Shown in pieces: positions 8,904 through 19,273 of a DNA stretch of 64,000 nucleotides. Under the pieces are notes generated by a model, which saw only the letters and a program-made list of their open reading frames with translations, searched no databases and was not told the origin of the DNA. A program made the translations under genes and the position numbers. Each line of letters starts with the position of its first letter. Positions within the stretch are counted from its first letter, which is position 1. The DNA is from a virus, in IMG/VR virus record IMGVR_UViG_3300008952_000006, positions 32,001 to 96,000 of that record, one strand, 5' to 3'.

Positions 8904-10379
8904 CTATTTAACTGGTCCGTGTATTACCGCAACTAGCCCTTTTTCTTTGTCATGTAAATAGACTGGTAGCGCTTTTGGTGCACCAACATAACCGCGCACT
9001 GCGTGCCATCTATCAGGGCCAGAAAGACTCGATAACTGTCTGCGAGTCACCCCGTAGGAAACATCAGTCTCTGTCTTCTCGTAATGGAGGTGTCCTGTGT
9101 AAATTGTCTTATGTTCAACCGACCAATGCTCCTTAGCCTCGTTAGCCATAAGGCCTGCTAAGTCCTTGGTCTTGCCAACACCATCACCGTGCACGAAACC
9201 GATTAGGTTCTCACCATATTGGCAGTAGACTCTGGGGGTCCGCGTCCTGTTTACGGTAACGTCTATAGACGTCCTGTAGTAAGCATCCAAGTACAGAAGG
9301 AGCAGTAAACCGGAGTGCCTGTCATGGTTGCCCGACATCAAAACTAGCTCCACAGGGGCTACCTGCCGAAGCCTGTTGACCCAGTCAACCATCAACTCGC
9401 AACCAGAAGCCATGATCTCTGCGGGAGTCCCATCCATGTCTTGCACGGTCCCCCTTGTTGTAGTGCCCAGCTGGTTGTCTATCTGGAAGAAGTCGCTGCC
9501 TACGGGGACGTATATCTTCTCGGGGGCCCCAAAGTGGGCAACGCGTGAAAGAACGTCCTCGGTACAGGAAAACAGCCTCTCCCTAGCAATCTCGCGGTTG
9601 AACGCCTCCCAGTTCTCCCCGGCATCTGAGTACTTACCCCAGTGAAAATCACTCAGGCCAACCACAGCCACGTAGGGGTGGCGGGAGGCTTTTAAGTCTA
9701 ATCTGTCTGGGGCGGACGGTGGCGTGTCACCAACCAGAGAAAGAAACTCCCTTAAGACTGTGTCATCAAAGTTTCTCCACAGCCCCGCCTCCTTCTTGAT
9801 CTCCTTCCACTTATCGCTCTCTATCCTCCGGTAAATGGCGGCCCGTCTAATCTGTAGGGCCTCTTGTGCTAGGTCGTCCTCCGACCTGGACATGATCTCC
9901 TCTGTCGTGAAGGGCTCTTTATCATGCGTAATACCGTGGATGCGCAGGTACTTGACTATCAAGTTCCTAGGTAGCTTGAAGGTCCGAGCTAACTCATTGA
10001 TTGTGGACGGGTGCCCGTCATAGTTACTGTACGCCCTGCATAGCTCCCTGTGAACGGATCCGGGAACCTCCAAGGCATGCGTCTCCCCAGGTATAAACGT
10101 AGTGTAAGAGTCTGCGTCAGGATCGTACCAAACACGCTTATCACTTAAAAAAGAGCCGAGGTCTTCTTCTGTTTCCTCGGCCTGCTGCTCATCAGCAGCC
10201 CCCTCCTGGGACACTATCCACTTCCCCCAGGCGACCAGCTCCTCATAGGAAAAACCGAATTCCTCACCGTATCGCCTATGCAGCCGACGCCAATCACGGC
10301 TTTTTAACTGCTTTAGGAGCCTGTCCCCGTGCGAGCCTCTTAGGCTCTTCCATTTTTCGTTAATGGGTTTCTCTTTCAA
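8904..10379 (-). CDS. calcineurin-like metallophosphoesterase with N-terminal HTH region
   Basis: Motifs LSDFHWG, GSDFF, SGNHD, HGD, GHLH; GGAGG RBS before TTG. Confidence 0.85.
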   Translation of the reverse strand: MKEKPINEKWKSLRGSHGDRLLKQLKSRDWRRLHRRYGEEFGFSYEELVAWGKWIVSQEGAADEQQAEETEEDLGSFLSDKRVWYDPDADSYTTFIPGETHALEVPGSVHRELCRAYSNYDGHPSTINELARTFKLPRNLIVKYLRIHGITHDKEPFTTEEIMSRSEDDLAQEALQIRRAAIYRRIESDKWKEIKKEAGLWRNFDDTVLREFLSLVGDTPPSAPDRLDLKASRHPYVAVVGLSDFHWGKYSDAGENWEAFNREIARERLFSCTEDVLSRVAHFGAPEKIYVPVGSDFFQIDNQLGTTTRGTVQDMDGTPAEIMASGCELMVDWVNRLRQVAPVELVLMSGNHDRHSGLLLLLYLDAYYRTSIDVTVNRTRTPRVYCQYGENLIGFVHGDGVGKTKDLAGLMANEAKEHWSVEHKTIYTGHLHYEKTETDVSYGVTRRQLSSLSGPDRWHAVRGYVGAPKALPVYLHDKEKGLVAVIHGPVK

Positions 10380-10878
10380 GCGGGCCTCCGTGAGTAAGCT
10401 ATCTGTCAGAGACTATTAGCAGTCTCGGCATAAAAATTACTGTTGGAACAGCACCACGCCTCATCAGATTGATATTATACATAATAAAAAGAAAGGATCC
10501 ACCGTGCAGGCGGAGCCTGCGTGAGAGCATCGTCGCAGTGTGGTAATAAATCTAACAACCACGGAAAACATCTGAATAATCACCAGCACCCCATAATCGG
10601 TTAATTTGCTAGCGCCTCAAAATAGGCGATGGGCCATTGCCCGCAGTTACTACGAGCTAATGAGAAAGTGACAAAGTCAATTCCACCTGTATTGTACCCT
10701 TCATGCGTGGTTAGGTCGAAGACCTTAGCAAATACAGGCTAGTGGTGATACAAAGTTCGAACGAAAAAGCAAAACACCACATTACCAAAAATAACACTCC
10801 CAAAAAAATTCAAGGCAGTGTAGTGTTGTCACCTGAAAATATAAGGACGGCCCTAATTGACTTATACCAGTCAGATGT

Positions 10879-10906
10879 ACAAAACTGTGGGATTGCAAGG
10901 TATAAG
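10879..10906 (+). promoter_or_regulatory. putative promoter (RYAAAAY-N13-GGTATAA) upstream of nrdJ
   Basis: ACAAAAC at 10879 and GGTATAAG at 10899; the same 20-nt offset recurs elsewhere. Confidence 0.5.
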
Positions 10907-11039
10907 ACTTCTGAAGAAATTTATCTTTACCCGATTCCATAATCTGTCCAAAAAGGGTAAGATACTTTAACCATAAAACCAGTACAATTTTATACGTAAA
11001 CCGACGACATTACGGCTATTTACCAAGGAGGCCTTGCTA

Positions 11040-13034
11040 ATGATACTAAGCCAAGTTTCTTCCACAGAAGAACGAAAAGTGAACAATTTCTCTCTGAGCA
11101 GTGCTTTCTTAGAGGACTATATAGGAACCCAGCCTGAATGGGGTCCCCTGGGCTATTTTACCTTCAAGCGTACTTACGCTAGGCCCAAAGAAGATGGCAC
11201 GACAGAGGAGTGGTGGGAGACTTGTCAGCGTGTAGTAGAAGGAATCTATAACATACAGAAGATACACTGCAAATCCCTACGATTGCCGTGGGATAATCGA
11301 AAAGCCCGAATCTCCTCCCAAGAGATGTTTCAGAGAATGTGGGAGTTCAAGTGGCTCCCTCCCGGTCGTGGCTTGTGGGCCATGGGCACTGAAATGATCT
11401 TTGAGAAAGGGGGCGCAGCGCTAAATAACTGTGCTTTCGTCTCTACCCAGAACATAGATGTAGACTTTGCGGCCCCCTTCACGTTCCTTATGGATATGTC
11501 AATGCTAGGGGTGGGTGTTGGTGGAGACACTCGAGGCGCGGGGAAGCTAAAAATCCAGGTCCCACGCATGAGTGAGAGGGAGTACGTAGTTGAGGACAGT
11601 CGAGAAGGTTGGGTAGACCTGATACGGGTTGTGCTCAACAGCTTTGTGGGCAAAGGGTATTACCCGCCAGAGCCCGACTACTCGCAAGTCAGAAAGCGGG
11701 GGGCGCTGATCAATGGATTTGGTGGTGTAGCCTCTGGGCCGCAGCCTCTCATTGATCTAGTCAAAAGTCTGACCGAGCTTCTCATGCCTGAAGACGGTGA
11801 GCCATACAAAATAACATCAGCTGTCATCGTAGATATCTTTAACCTTGTGGGCAAATGCGTTGTCGCAGGGGGTATCCGCAGGACAGCCGAAATTATGTTC
11901 GGAGACCCAGAAGACCAGGAATTCGTTACATTAAAGCAAAACGAAGAGAAGCTAAAAAGTCATAGATGGGCGTCTAATAATAGTGTGTTTGGCACAATCG
12001 GTATGGACTATACCGAAGTGGCAAAAAGCATCGCTAAGAATGGCGAGCCTGGAGTGATATGGCTCGATAATATGCAGCACTATCGACGAATGAATGGGGA
12101 GCGCAGTCGTTACGATATGAGAGTTATGGGCAGTAATCCATGCTCTGAGCAGTCTCTAGAGTCTTTTGAGCTGTGTTGCTTGGTAGAAACCTTCCCAGCG
12201 CACCACGAGTCCTTTGAGGACTACATGCGAACACTTAAGTTTGCATACCTATACGCCAAAACTGTAACGCTCATCCCGACCCATGACACGCGAACCAACG
12301 CAGTTATGATGAGGAACAGGCGTATTGGGTGTTCCCAATCGGGGATCATTCAAGCCATGCAAAAGCTTGGTCGGAGAGAATACCTCCGGTGGTCTGATGA
12401 AGGATATACCTACATCAGGGAGCTAGACAGGATCTATAGCGAATGGTTGTGTGTACCACGATCAATCAAAGTAACCTCTGTCAAACCAAGCGGAACGGTT
12501 AGTCTGTTATGTGGGGCAACACCGGGCATCCACTACCCACACTCAGAGTATTACATAAGAAATATTCGAGTAGCCAACACGTCCCCTCTTGTAAGTGCGG
12601 CGAAAGAGGCAGGGTATCCGGTGGAAGATGATACGTATGCCGAAGACACCTCTGTTGTTAGCTTTCCTGTACGGGAGAGGCATTTCATCAAAGGTAAGGC
12701 TGATGCCTCAATCTGGGAACAGTTTGCTAACGCAGCAGACCTCCAAAAGTACTGGGCAGATAATCAGGTCAGCGTAACTGTGTCTTTCCAAAACGGGGAG
12801 CACAGGGACATAAAGACTTGCCTCGAAGTATATGAGACAAGGCTGAAGTCCGTGTCTCTACTGCCGCTTCTGGACACGGACCACGGATATGTACAGGCAC
12901 CCTATATAAAGATCACTAAAGAAGAGTATGAGGAGCTTTCCACCGGCCTGTCTCCGATAAACTTTGAGTCCGCCGTGCACGAAGTCACTGATAAATTTTG
13001 TGACGGAGATAAGTGTGAGATAAAAATTAACTAG
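11040..13034 (+). CDS. nrdJ: class II (adenosylcobalamin-dependent, monomeric RTPR-type) ribonucleotide reductase
   Basis: PPGRGLW, LNNCAF, NPCSEQSLES, VKPSGTVS and C-terminal CDGDKC; AAGGAGG RBS. Confidence 0.93.
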   Translation: MILSQVSSTEERKVNNFSLSSAFLEDYIGTQPEWGPLGYFTFKRTYARPKEDGTTEEWWETCQRVVEGIYNIQKIHCKSLRLPWDNRKARISSQEMFQRMWEFKWLPPGRGLWAMGTEMIFEKGGAALNNCAFVSTQNIDVDFAAPFTFLMDMSMLGVGVGGDTRGAGKLKIQVPRMSEREYVVEDSREGWVDLIRVVLNSFVGKGYYPPEPDYSQVRKRGALINGFGGVASGPQPLIDLVKSLTELLMPEDGEPYKITSAVIVDIFNLVGKCVVAGGIRRTAEIMFGDPEDQEFVTLKQNEEKLKSHRWASNNSVFGTIGMDYTEVAKSIAKNGEPGVIWLDNMQHYRRMNGERSRYDMRVMGSNPCSEQSLESFELCCLVETFPAHHESFEDYMRTLKFAYLYAKTVTLIPTHDTRTNAVMMRNRRIGCSQSGIIQAMQKLGRREYLRWSDEGYTYIRELDRIYSEWLCVPRSIKVTSVKPSGTVSLLCGATPGIHYPHSEYYIRNIRVANTSPLVSAAKEAGYPVEDDTYAEDTSVVSFPVRERHFIKGKADASIWEQFANAADLQKYWADNQVSVTVSFQNGEHRDIKTCLEVYETRLKSVSLLPLLDTDHGYVQAPYIKITKEEYEELSTGLSPINFESAVHEVTDKFCDGDKCEIKIN

Positions 13035-13085
13035 CCACGAACTCCCCCTGTCACGCGGCAGGGGGAGTCTGTGTGGCTAATTTTA
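13032..13085. terminator. probably bidirectional terminator between convergent genes
   Basis: TAGCCAC..ACTCCCCCTG/CAGGGGGAGT..GTGGCTA hairpin with A/T-rich flanks. Confidence 0.75.
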
Positions 13086-13595
13086 TTAGGCTTGACGCTC
13101 TAGTTCTGCGTCGATCTCTTCTATAGCAGTGTTGATGGCCGACCAAACCTCATCGGAAACACAGTCACCTGGAGAATGATCCCAGGCAGCGTCACTAACA
13201 GCCGAACGTGCGTATTCGCTAGCGCAACGCTCAGCCGCATCTTGGGCCGCCTCGATAGCACTACTAAAGTAACTTTCAACAGTGCTGTTTACGCTTCCGC
13301 ACTCCTCCTGCGCCGCCTGCAGACTCTCACGCAGGCTTTCAAGAACGCTTCGGGACGGAGGGGGACCCGCTGAGGACCCCGCTCGGGGGCGTGGTTGGTG
13401 GATGTTTCCGTTGGTGATGTTCCGCTCGAAAGCAGAAAACACCGCATGTAGGTCCAGAGGCTGCCCATCCAGGGTCAGGCCTAGGTTAAGTCTTTCTAAA
13501 TTATATTTTGCAATACCTTCAGGGTTCGCCATAACAGCGCAGGAAAGAAATTTCCCGAACATCGACTCCCCGATAACAGTTAAATTGTAACTCAT
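13086..13595 (-). CDS. hypothetical protein with helical C-terminus
   Basis: AAGGA RBS before MSYNL; GGTATAAG motif upstream (13666-13673, minus). Confidence 0.65.
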   Translation of the reverse strand: MSYNLTVIGESMFGKFLSCAVMANPEGIAKYNLERLNLGLTLDGQPLDLHAVFSAFERNITNGNIHQPRPRAGSSAGPPPSRSVLESLRESLQAAQEECGSVNSTVESYFSSAIEAAQDAAERCASEYARSAVSDAAWDHSPGDCVSDEVWSAINTAIEEIDAELERQA

Positions 13596-13889
13596 AAGTG
13601 TGTCCTTACGGTAGAAAATGTAGGTCAAAGGTCTAATACGGGTAGATTACCCGGACAACAAAAAGCTTATACCAACAAATGTGTTTTTATTACGCAGTAA
13701 GCTAGGACAATCTTGTAAGATATACAGAAGTCGTAAAGTGCCGTTTATAACTAGGTTATTCTAAAGTCTACCTGTACTGCTCTGTATACAGCTATTGCGC
13801 ACAATGGCCCAAGGGCCGGGGGTCTACGACATGTGGGGTGAGTAGAGATAAGATTGTAGGTATGAAGAAACACACACGGAGGACAAACT

Positions 13890-14255
13890 ATGAAATCTGA
13901 TGGTGACGGGGCAATCATAATCCAGTTCCCACCAAGCCGAGGAAAATCGGCTAAGAAACCCCCCAAAGGAAAAATACAGCTAACGCAAGAGGGTGCGCAC
14001 GCCTTGATGGTCGCCATGTCGGCAATAAACATGGCTGCAAGGTACAAGGGAGAATTCGATGAAAACTGCAAGCAAAGCCTGGATGCAGGGAACTTTCCCT
14101 GTGGAGAGAACTGTGGGTGTTACTTCCACATGCTATCCTCTATGGCACTTGAAGTGGCCTTTGAGGGCCCAAGAAAGGACGAAGCAAAGGACGCGCTCAG
14201 GCAGGAGTATTCCACGCTGAGCCGTGAGGGGCCAAAGAAGAAAGATGACCTGTAA
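13890..14255 (+). CDS. hypothetical protein
   Basis: GGAGG RBS. Confidence 0.6.
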   Translation: MKSDGDGAIIIQFPPSRGKSAKKPPKGKIQLTQEGAHALMVAMSAINMAARYKGEFDENCKQSLDAGNFPCGENCGCYFHMLSSMALEVAFEGPRKDEAKDALRQEYSTLSREGPKKKDDL

Positions 14256-14281
14256 TGAGTTAAGAGGTATTCTTGTGGCGT

Positions 14282-14309
14282 GCAAAATAAACAAGTACAC
14301 AGGTATAAG
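14282..14309 (+). promoter_or_regulatory. putative promoter
   Basis: GCAAAAT-N13-GGTATAAG. Confidence 0.55.
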
Positions 14310-14368
14310 AGCGACGAAATAACGCAAACTGTCAATTAGGTCTTTAATGATATCAGGAAGGAAGTCAG

Positions 14369-14662
14369 ATGAAGGAAGACATAAACAAGATACTAGAAAT
14401 TTTAGAGCAAACAATGCCCGAAGTGGTTGAGATGATACGAAGTCTCGATAACCACGAAGAAACTGTTATAAAACTAGCAGAAGAGTTCAAAAAGCTCCAC
14501 GCGGAGTACCCTATGTTGTCAGCGCTTCTGGTTGACTCATTCGATATTGTGAGGGCGCACGAAGCAAAAATAGAGATACTAAAAGACCTGTTGTTGTCTA
14601 TCACGCAGGGAGGAGCGCAGCCAAAGAAGGAGTCCCCTGAGGACAAGTATTGGATCAATTAG
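14369..14662 (+). CDS. hypothetical coiled-coil protein
   Basis: 97-aa helical ORF with RBS. Confidence 0.6.
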   Translation: MKEDINKILEILEQTMPEVVEMIRSLDNHEETVIKLAEEFKKLHAEYPMLSALLVDSFDIVRAHEAKIEILKDLLLSITQGGAQPKKESPEDKYWIN

Positions 14663-14812
14663 TTATAATTAGGTATAACAGGTAAGCTATTATTAGCCTG
14701 CCGTGATGGCCCTCATAGTCGATCACACCTACTTACAATCCCCGCCTATATTATTATTGATAATAATCGGTGAAAGACACCAAGGAGAATATTATGAAAA
14801 CGGGAAAGACCA

Positions 14813-15148
14813 ATGTTTATTGAAGTTCAAAGAAACACTGGTAAGGCTGCTTACCATACGAAAGCAGACACCAGCGAATGCGATGAAAAATGGTGGTACA
14901 AAACAACTCGCATAAGATCTGCTGCAATTGTGCGCGTCGAAGAGATTGGCCCCTGGGAGGGGCACCTAGATCCTGAGAATGGGCCCAAGTGCACCATATT
15001 CCTCATGACCGGGCAGGCGGTAGACGCCAAAGAGACTAGTGATGACGTATTGAGGCTTATTTACAAGTCTGAAAAGTCTGATAATACTAGCTATTCGGTG
15101 ACTCTGGAAGGTGCGGGGTTTAGTACAACCACTCAGTCTGGGCGGTGA
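14813..15148 (+). CDS. hypothetical protein
   Basis: 111-aa ORF. Confidence 0.55.
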   Translation: MFIEVQRNTGKAAYHTKADTSECDEKWWYKTTRIRSAAIVRVEEIGPWEGHLDPENGPKCTIFLMTGQAVDAKETSDDVLRLIYKSEKSDNTSYSVTLEGAGFSTTTQSGR

Positions 15149-15183
15149 CGCCATGCCTACAAATATAAACCAAGGGACAGAAC

Positions 15184-15648
15184 ATGATCTGTATTGACCT
15201 AAGCCGCCTCTATTTCGCGATACGTGAATTAAACGTAACGGTGAACTACGAGAAGCTAATAACTGTCCTTCTGGGAGAAAACAAAGCCCAGAAAATAGAG
15301 GCGTTCACAAAGGCGGACCCAAAGAATGCTAACCAAAGTAAGTTCCTGAAAAGGTTAGAGGACTTGGGGTTTAACCTTCACGTCTACGATGTAGCCAAGC
15401 AGAGTGGATCATTCTCTGCGGAGATCTCTGCATTGGCGGCTCTCGCTAAGGGAGAGAAGGTAACCATCCTGTCAAACGATCAGGCCCTCCTGGGAGTATT
15501 CAGTCTTCTGAAGGAGAGAGGCGTGGATCTGACCCTGTGCTTTTTTAGCGAAAAGCTTGAAAAGGGATGGACCCCAAAGATACTCTGCGGAGACGTAGAA
15601 TTTATAGACTTATCAAATCCGGAAATCCGGAAATCCATCACAAACTAG
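15184..15648 (+). CDS. NYN/LabA (PIN-fold) domain protein, divergent
   Basis: ICIDLSRLY...VNYEKL...FLKRLEDLGF...ILSND...EFIDL follows the NYN layout, but several acidic residues appear lost. Confidence 0.55.
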   Translation: MICIDLSRLYFAIRELNVTVNYEKLITVLLGENKAQKIEAFTKADPKNANQSKFLKRLEDLGFNLHVYDVAKQSGSFSAEISALAALAKGEKVTILSNDQALLGVFSLLKERGVDLTLCFFSEKLEKGWTPKILCGDVEFIDLSNPEIRKSITN

Positions 15649-15657
15649 GAGAATAGC

Positions 15658-16131
15658 TTGGGAGATGAAGCCTTATCTCAAATAGAGTTAAATTTTATAT
15701 CCATGATCCCAGTGCTCGATAAAGGTATCGAGAATGTTTCGAAAGAACATATCAAACAGGACGGGCTGAAAAGCGATATACAGCTTCGGTTTGAAGCTTT
15801 CCATAGACTAAACCCGCACGTGCTCGATGCCGTTATAGATCTAGCCCAGAGGACGAAGAAGGCAGGAAGAACTCGAGGGTCTATTAGTCAGATCTTTGAG
15901 GTGCTGCGGTACAGCTACGCACTCAGAACAGCGGGCGATGATTATAAGCTCGCAAACGCGCATAGAGCATTCTACGCACGGCTTGTCATGTCAGTTGTGC
16001 CGGAACTTTCCAATGGGAAGCCGTTCTTCCTGCTGAGTAGTCAGAGAAGCCCGTATATTATCGACTGGGCGTCCCTGGAAATAGAAAACAAAGGTTGGAT
16101 TTCCTACAATTGGAAGCTGCCAGCCCAGTGA
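15658..16131 (+). CDS. conserved phage hypothetical protein
   Basis: FEAFHRLNPHV...IFEVLRY...YKLANAHRAFYARL pattern; AGGAG RBS. Confidence 0.65.
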   Translation: MGDEALSQIELNFISMIPVLDKGIENVSKEHIKQDGLKSDIQLRFEAFHRLNPHVLDAVIDLAQRTKKAGRTRGSISQIFEVLRYSYALRTAGDDYKLANAHRAFYARLVMSVVPELSNGKPFFLLSSQRSPYIIDWASLEIENKGWISYNWKLPAQ

Positions 16132-16382
16132 AAACGATAGTACATGTAAACCAGCACGTCATAAAACGAAACCGCAAAAGCGGCGCTAGAGAGCCTGTAC
16201 TCACAGTAAAAACATATAAACAAAATGTTTACGGACATGAAGCCATCCTCCTCGACCAAGAAGGTCGAGAGGTGGCCAAAGTCATTTATAGGCCAGACAA
16301 ACCCCTGTCATGCGGGGCGACTGTCTGGATCGAAACACAAAATCCAGTGGACGTTATCGTCCTGGAGAACGAGGAGGAGTGA
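16128..16382 (+). CDS. conserved phage hypothetical protein
   Basis: IVHVNQHVIKRN...PVLTVK...Y.PDKPLSCGA.VWIET pattern; GTGA overlap. Confidence 0.7.
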   Translation: MKTIVHVNQHVIKRNRKSGAREPVLTVKTYKQNVYGHEAILLDQEGREVAKVIYRPDKPLSCGATVWIETQNPVDVIVLENEEE

Positions 16383-17002
16383 TGCATGCATTACACCTAA
16401 TAGCTGTCGAAGCGGACAGTCATGAGGAAGCTGAAGAAGAGGTCGATACGGCCCTGCGCCACTATGGCGACGGAGATGTTTGGGACTACTACGTGATTGG
16501 GGGTGGTTGGAAGGGCATCTTTGGTGACGAAAATAAGTATAGTTTATGCTTTTCAGAAGACCCAGAGGCGTTCAGAAAAAGTATCGAGAGCACGCGGAAG
16601 TGGCAAGACAAAGACTTCAAGGAACTAGTGGATAAAATTACAGGGAGGCAAATCACAGAGACAGATGTAGGAGATACAATATTTGGGATGGCCATCACAG
16701 ACAAAAAGGGAGCCGCTGAGCGAATGTCAGAGTTCAACCGACAAACCCACGAGCTTTTCCTAGAGCTACAAACCTTTGATAGGCTACCAGATGAAAACAC
16801 GACTGATAGCTTCCAGTCGGGGTTTGGTATGGTTGGGTATTACCTTCTGCGGCTTGGGAGGATCCTGTGCGGTCGATATACGTTCGAGTCACACTTCTTT
16901 GACGCGATTGAAGGAGACCCGAGAACTCACGCTGTTTTAGAGCGATGCGAATCAGGAGATGGCGACCGCCAGTACTTGGTGGCTGTCGATCTCCACAACT
17001 AA
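16382..17002 (+). CDS. conserved phage hypothetical protein
   Basis: GAGGAG RBS; WDYYVIGGGW and C-terminal VAVDLHN. Confidence 0.65.
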   Translation: MHALHLIAVEADSHEEAEEEVDTALRHYGDGDVWDYYVIGGGWKGIFGDENKYSLCFSEDPEAFRKSIESTRKWQDKDFKELVDKITGRQITETDVGDTIFGMAITDKKGAAERMSEFNRQTHELFLELQTFDRLPDENTTDSFQSGFGMVGYYLLRLGRILCGRYTFESHFFDAIEGDPRTHAVLERCESGDGDRQYLVAVDLHN

Positions 17003-17013
17003 AAGGAGACGAT

Positions 17014-17886
17014 ATGCCTAACTGGTGTACCAACAATCTAATTGTGTCTGGGGCTGCCGATGAGGTACGCCCTTTTGTAGAAAAAATAACCTCTGGGGAG
17101 GGGCTGCTATCGAGCGTTTACCCGTGCCCAGAGACTCTAAGAAAAGTTACTTCAGGTTCTGAGGACCTTATGTACGACATGTACCACGGAGAAATCCCAT
17201 CTCACATCTGGTCTTGGGGTGACGTAGCCTCCTCAGGAATAAGCCCTCTGGCCCCAGACGTACGAGAGCAGCTCATTAAACTCTTCGTGGAAACCCGTAA
17301 CTGGGAAGATCACAAGGAGAAGGCCGACCTATATAAATACAACCTAGAGACGTACGGCTTTAAGAGTTGGTACAACTGGTGTATTAATAGTTGGGGTACA
17401 AAGTGGGACGTCCACGAATATTCCGGTAGCGATATTTCTGACGACGCTTCCTATTGGGAGGTAACTTTTGACACTGCGTGGGGTCCACCCGGGGAGTGGT
17501 TAGAAAAAGTAGGTGAAGACCACCCAATGTTAAATTTCAGACTAGAATTCTCCGAGCCCGGTATGTGGTTTGCTGGATTTTTAGAGATCAGCGAAGGGAG
17601 CGTTGTGGATTCGGGCAGCGGAGAATGTGACGCGACGGATGGCCTCGGGGAGCTTCTCTTCGAGTGGTGCGAGGTCGATGTAAAATATGCTAGGGAGGCG
17701 CAAGAGGAACTAGCTCGCGAGGAACTGGCCGAGAAAGAAGCGGCGAGCGGTATGTCAGTGGCTTGTTTCTTCTGCGAGGCCCCGGTCCACAAAAGAAATG
17801 CCTTAGAGGCCAATAAATATAATGACAATGCAGGTGGGTACATATGCTACACCTGCTCACGATTGAAGCAGCACGAGGAGGTATAA
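17014..17886 (+). CDS. DUF1281/Api92 (YubB ferredoxin-like) family protein with C-terminal Zn finger
   Basis: MPNWCTN, WYNWCINSWGTKWD, FDTAWGPP, EPGM.FAG. Confidence 0.8.
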   Translation: MPNWCTNNLIVSGAADEVRPFVEKITSGEGLLSSVYPCPETLRKVTSGSEDLMYDMYHGEIPSHIWSWGDVASSGISPLAPDVREQLIKLFVETRNWEDHKEKADLYKYNLETYGFKSWYNWCINSWGTKWDVHEYSGSDISDDASYWEVTFDTAWGPPGEWLEKVGEDHPMLNFRLEFSEPGMWFAGFLEISEGSVVDSGSGECDATDGLGELLFEWCEVDVKYAREAQEELAREELAEKEAASGMSVACFFCEAPVHKRNALEANKYNDNAGGYICYTCSRLKQHEEV

Positions 17887-18158
17887 TGGGTAATAACGTT
17901 AAAGTATTACAGGATATACAGCAAGAAAAAGAAAATAAAAAATTTTACGAGTTCGCGGAAAGGCTGGAAAAAGCTGGGGTTTTCCCGAGAGAGTACGATT
18001 TAGAGTCGTTGAAAACCCTCTATACGGCTGCTGAGGCGGTGCATCGTCACTTATGCAGACTTGACAGGGGGTACTACACAAAAGCTAGGGAGGTTAAGCT
18101 GTTTGAACTGGCAAATGTATACTCTGACGGAAAGTCAGGGTTACGGAAGCTAGTGTAG
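17886..18158 (+). CDS. hypothetical protein
   Basis: GAGGAGG RBS; TAATG coupling. Confidence 0.6.
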   Translation: MGNNVKVLQDIQQEKENKKFYEFAERLEKAGVFPREYDLESLKTLYTAAEAVHRHLCRLDRGYYTKAREVKLFELANVYSDGKSGLRKLV

Positions 18159-18183
18159 CTTAACTAACAGGAGGAGCTATAAA

Positions 18184-18432
18184 ATGAGTAAGTATCTGAA
18201 AATCTGTGGAGCCGCCCTTGCTGCCGCTATTGTTTTAGGTGGCGCGGCCATCAAAATGGGTTGGATGGAGCTTTCAACAATAACGGATGCTATCCCAATG
18301 ATTGGGACAGCAGCCGAAGCTGAACCCACAACTGAATCAGAAGAGGCCGAAGAGCCTGCAGAAGCAACCGCTGAAGCAGAAGAAGCGGCCCCTGAAGAGG
18401 AAGCAAAAGACGAGGGAGACGCCGAAGAATAG
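18184..18432 (+). CDS. membrane-anchored protein with acidic E/A-rich tail
   Basis: AGGAGG RBS; hydrophobic N-terminal helix. Confidence 0.65.
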   Translation: MSKYLKICGAALAAAIVLGGAAIKMGWMELSTITDAIPMIGTAAEAEPTTESEEAEEPAEATAEAEEAAPEEEAKDEGDAEE

Positions 18433-18458
18433 GCGCTCCTCCGGTAAGGAATTTTCCC

Positions 18459-18782
18459 GTGAAGCATGTCATACCAAAAGAAGTCTCTCTCGGCGGCCAC
18501 TCTATCAAAGTAATCCGCAAAGAAGGTCTTCTTGAACATGCAGAAGCCTACGGTATCTTTGATGGCATTGAGTTAACAATAACAATTGACAAAAGCCTCA
18601 ATGATACCATGGCTTGGGAAACCTTCTGGCATGAAATAGTTGAGGCCATTAATTTTTTCTCAGAGGCCGATTTGGAGCATCGAACGATTCAGATCTTCGG
18701 GCTCCTTCTACATCAGACGGTAAACTCCGTACTTTCGGAACAGCAAGCAAAAAAGACTAATAAAAAGGCAGTTCCAAAGTAA
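18459..18782 (+). CDS. small zincin-like phage protein
   Basis: YG.FD...I.ID...ETFWHEIVEAI (HExxE variant of HExxH). Confidence 0.55.
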   Translation: MKHVIPKEVSLGGHSIKVIRKEGLLEHAEAYGIFDGIELTITIDKSLNDTMAWETFWHEIVEAINFFSEADLEHRTIQIFGLLLHQTVNSVLSEQQAKKTNKKAVPK

Positions 18783-18803
18783 GAGCGTAACTCCGCCGAC
18801 TGC

Positions 18804-18831
18804 GCAAAATCACCACATACTTAGGTATAAT
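18804..18831 (+). promoter_or_regulatory. putative promoter for the RNA leader/Ubl operon
   Basis: GCAAAAT-N13-GGTATAAT. Confidence 0.55.
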
Positions 18832-18894
18832 AGAATTGTATGGATCCCAAAAGATCGCGTCTATTCAGATGATCAAGTTCATAGTCACTCTGTA

Positions 18895-19269
18895 CCTCTG
18901 CTCCCTTGGTTGCCATGGCATAACCGACGAGAGCCAGCGTCACACGATACTTCCTGGTTGAAGAACTGATAAGAGGCCCTTAGGGGCGACCTGTACATCC
19001 TGCGCGTAGCCAGACCCATTCGTGGGTAAGATACGATGACTGTCGGGAAAAGACCGCTTTCGAGTATTCAACGTCAATGTGATTCCCATGATAGCGTTTT
19101 ACGCTCGGTATTTGATTTTGTTGTTTGACTAGGCTGGTCCGCCGAAGCAGGACCTTGTAATTGTTGCTCGTGTGCCGAATTAATTCGTCCGTGCACAGGC
19201 AGCATGTCAATAGCAAAAGCCTTACAAATAGGTATCCTCCCAGTGTAGTAGCTGAGCGAAGAGCAGAGG
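18895..19269 (+). ncRNA. candidate structured RNA or long 5' leader
   Basis: No credible ORF; ends pair (CCTCTGCTC 18895-18903 with GAGCAGAGG 19261-19269, extended by CTTGGTTGC/GTAGCTGAG); several internal hairpins. Confidence 0.5.
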
Positions 19270-19273
19270 ATTC

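Noticed and set aside
8664-8936. 90-aa plus-strand ORF from the track
   Set aside because: No RBS; it is the antisense shadow of the better-supported 59-aa minus-strand gene
10405-10468. Minus-strand CTGATGAG...GCCGAGAC...GTC hammerhead resemblance
   Set aside because: GAGA replaces the invariant GAAA, stem I cannot form, and a simple hairpin explains it
18966-18992. Hammerhead-like CTGATAAG-AGGCCCTTAGGGGC-GAC
   Set aside because: The core deviates from CUGANGA and lacks the GAAA after stem II; no stems I or III found
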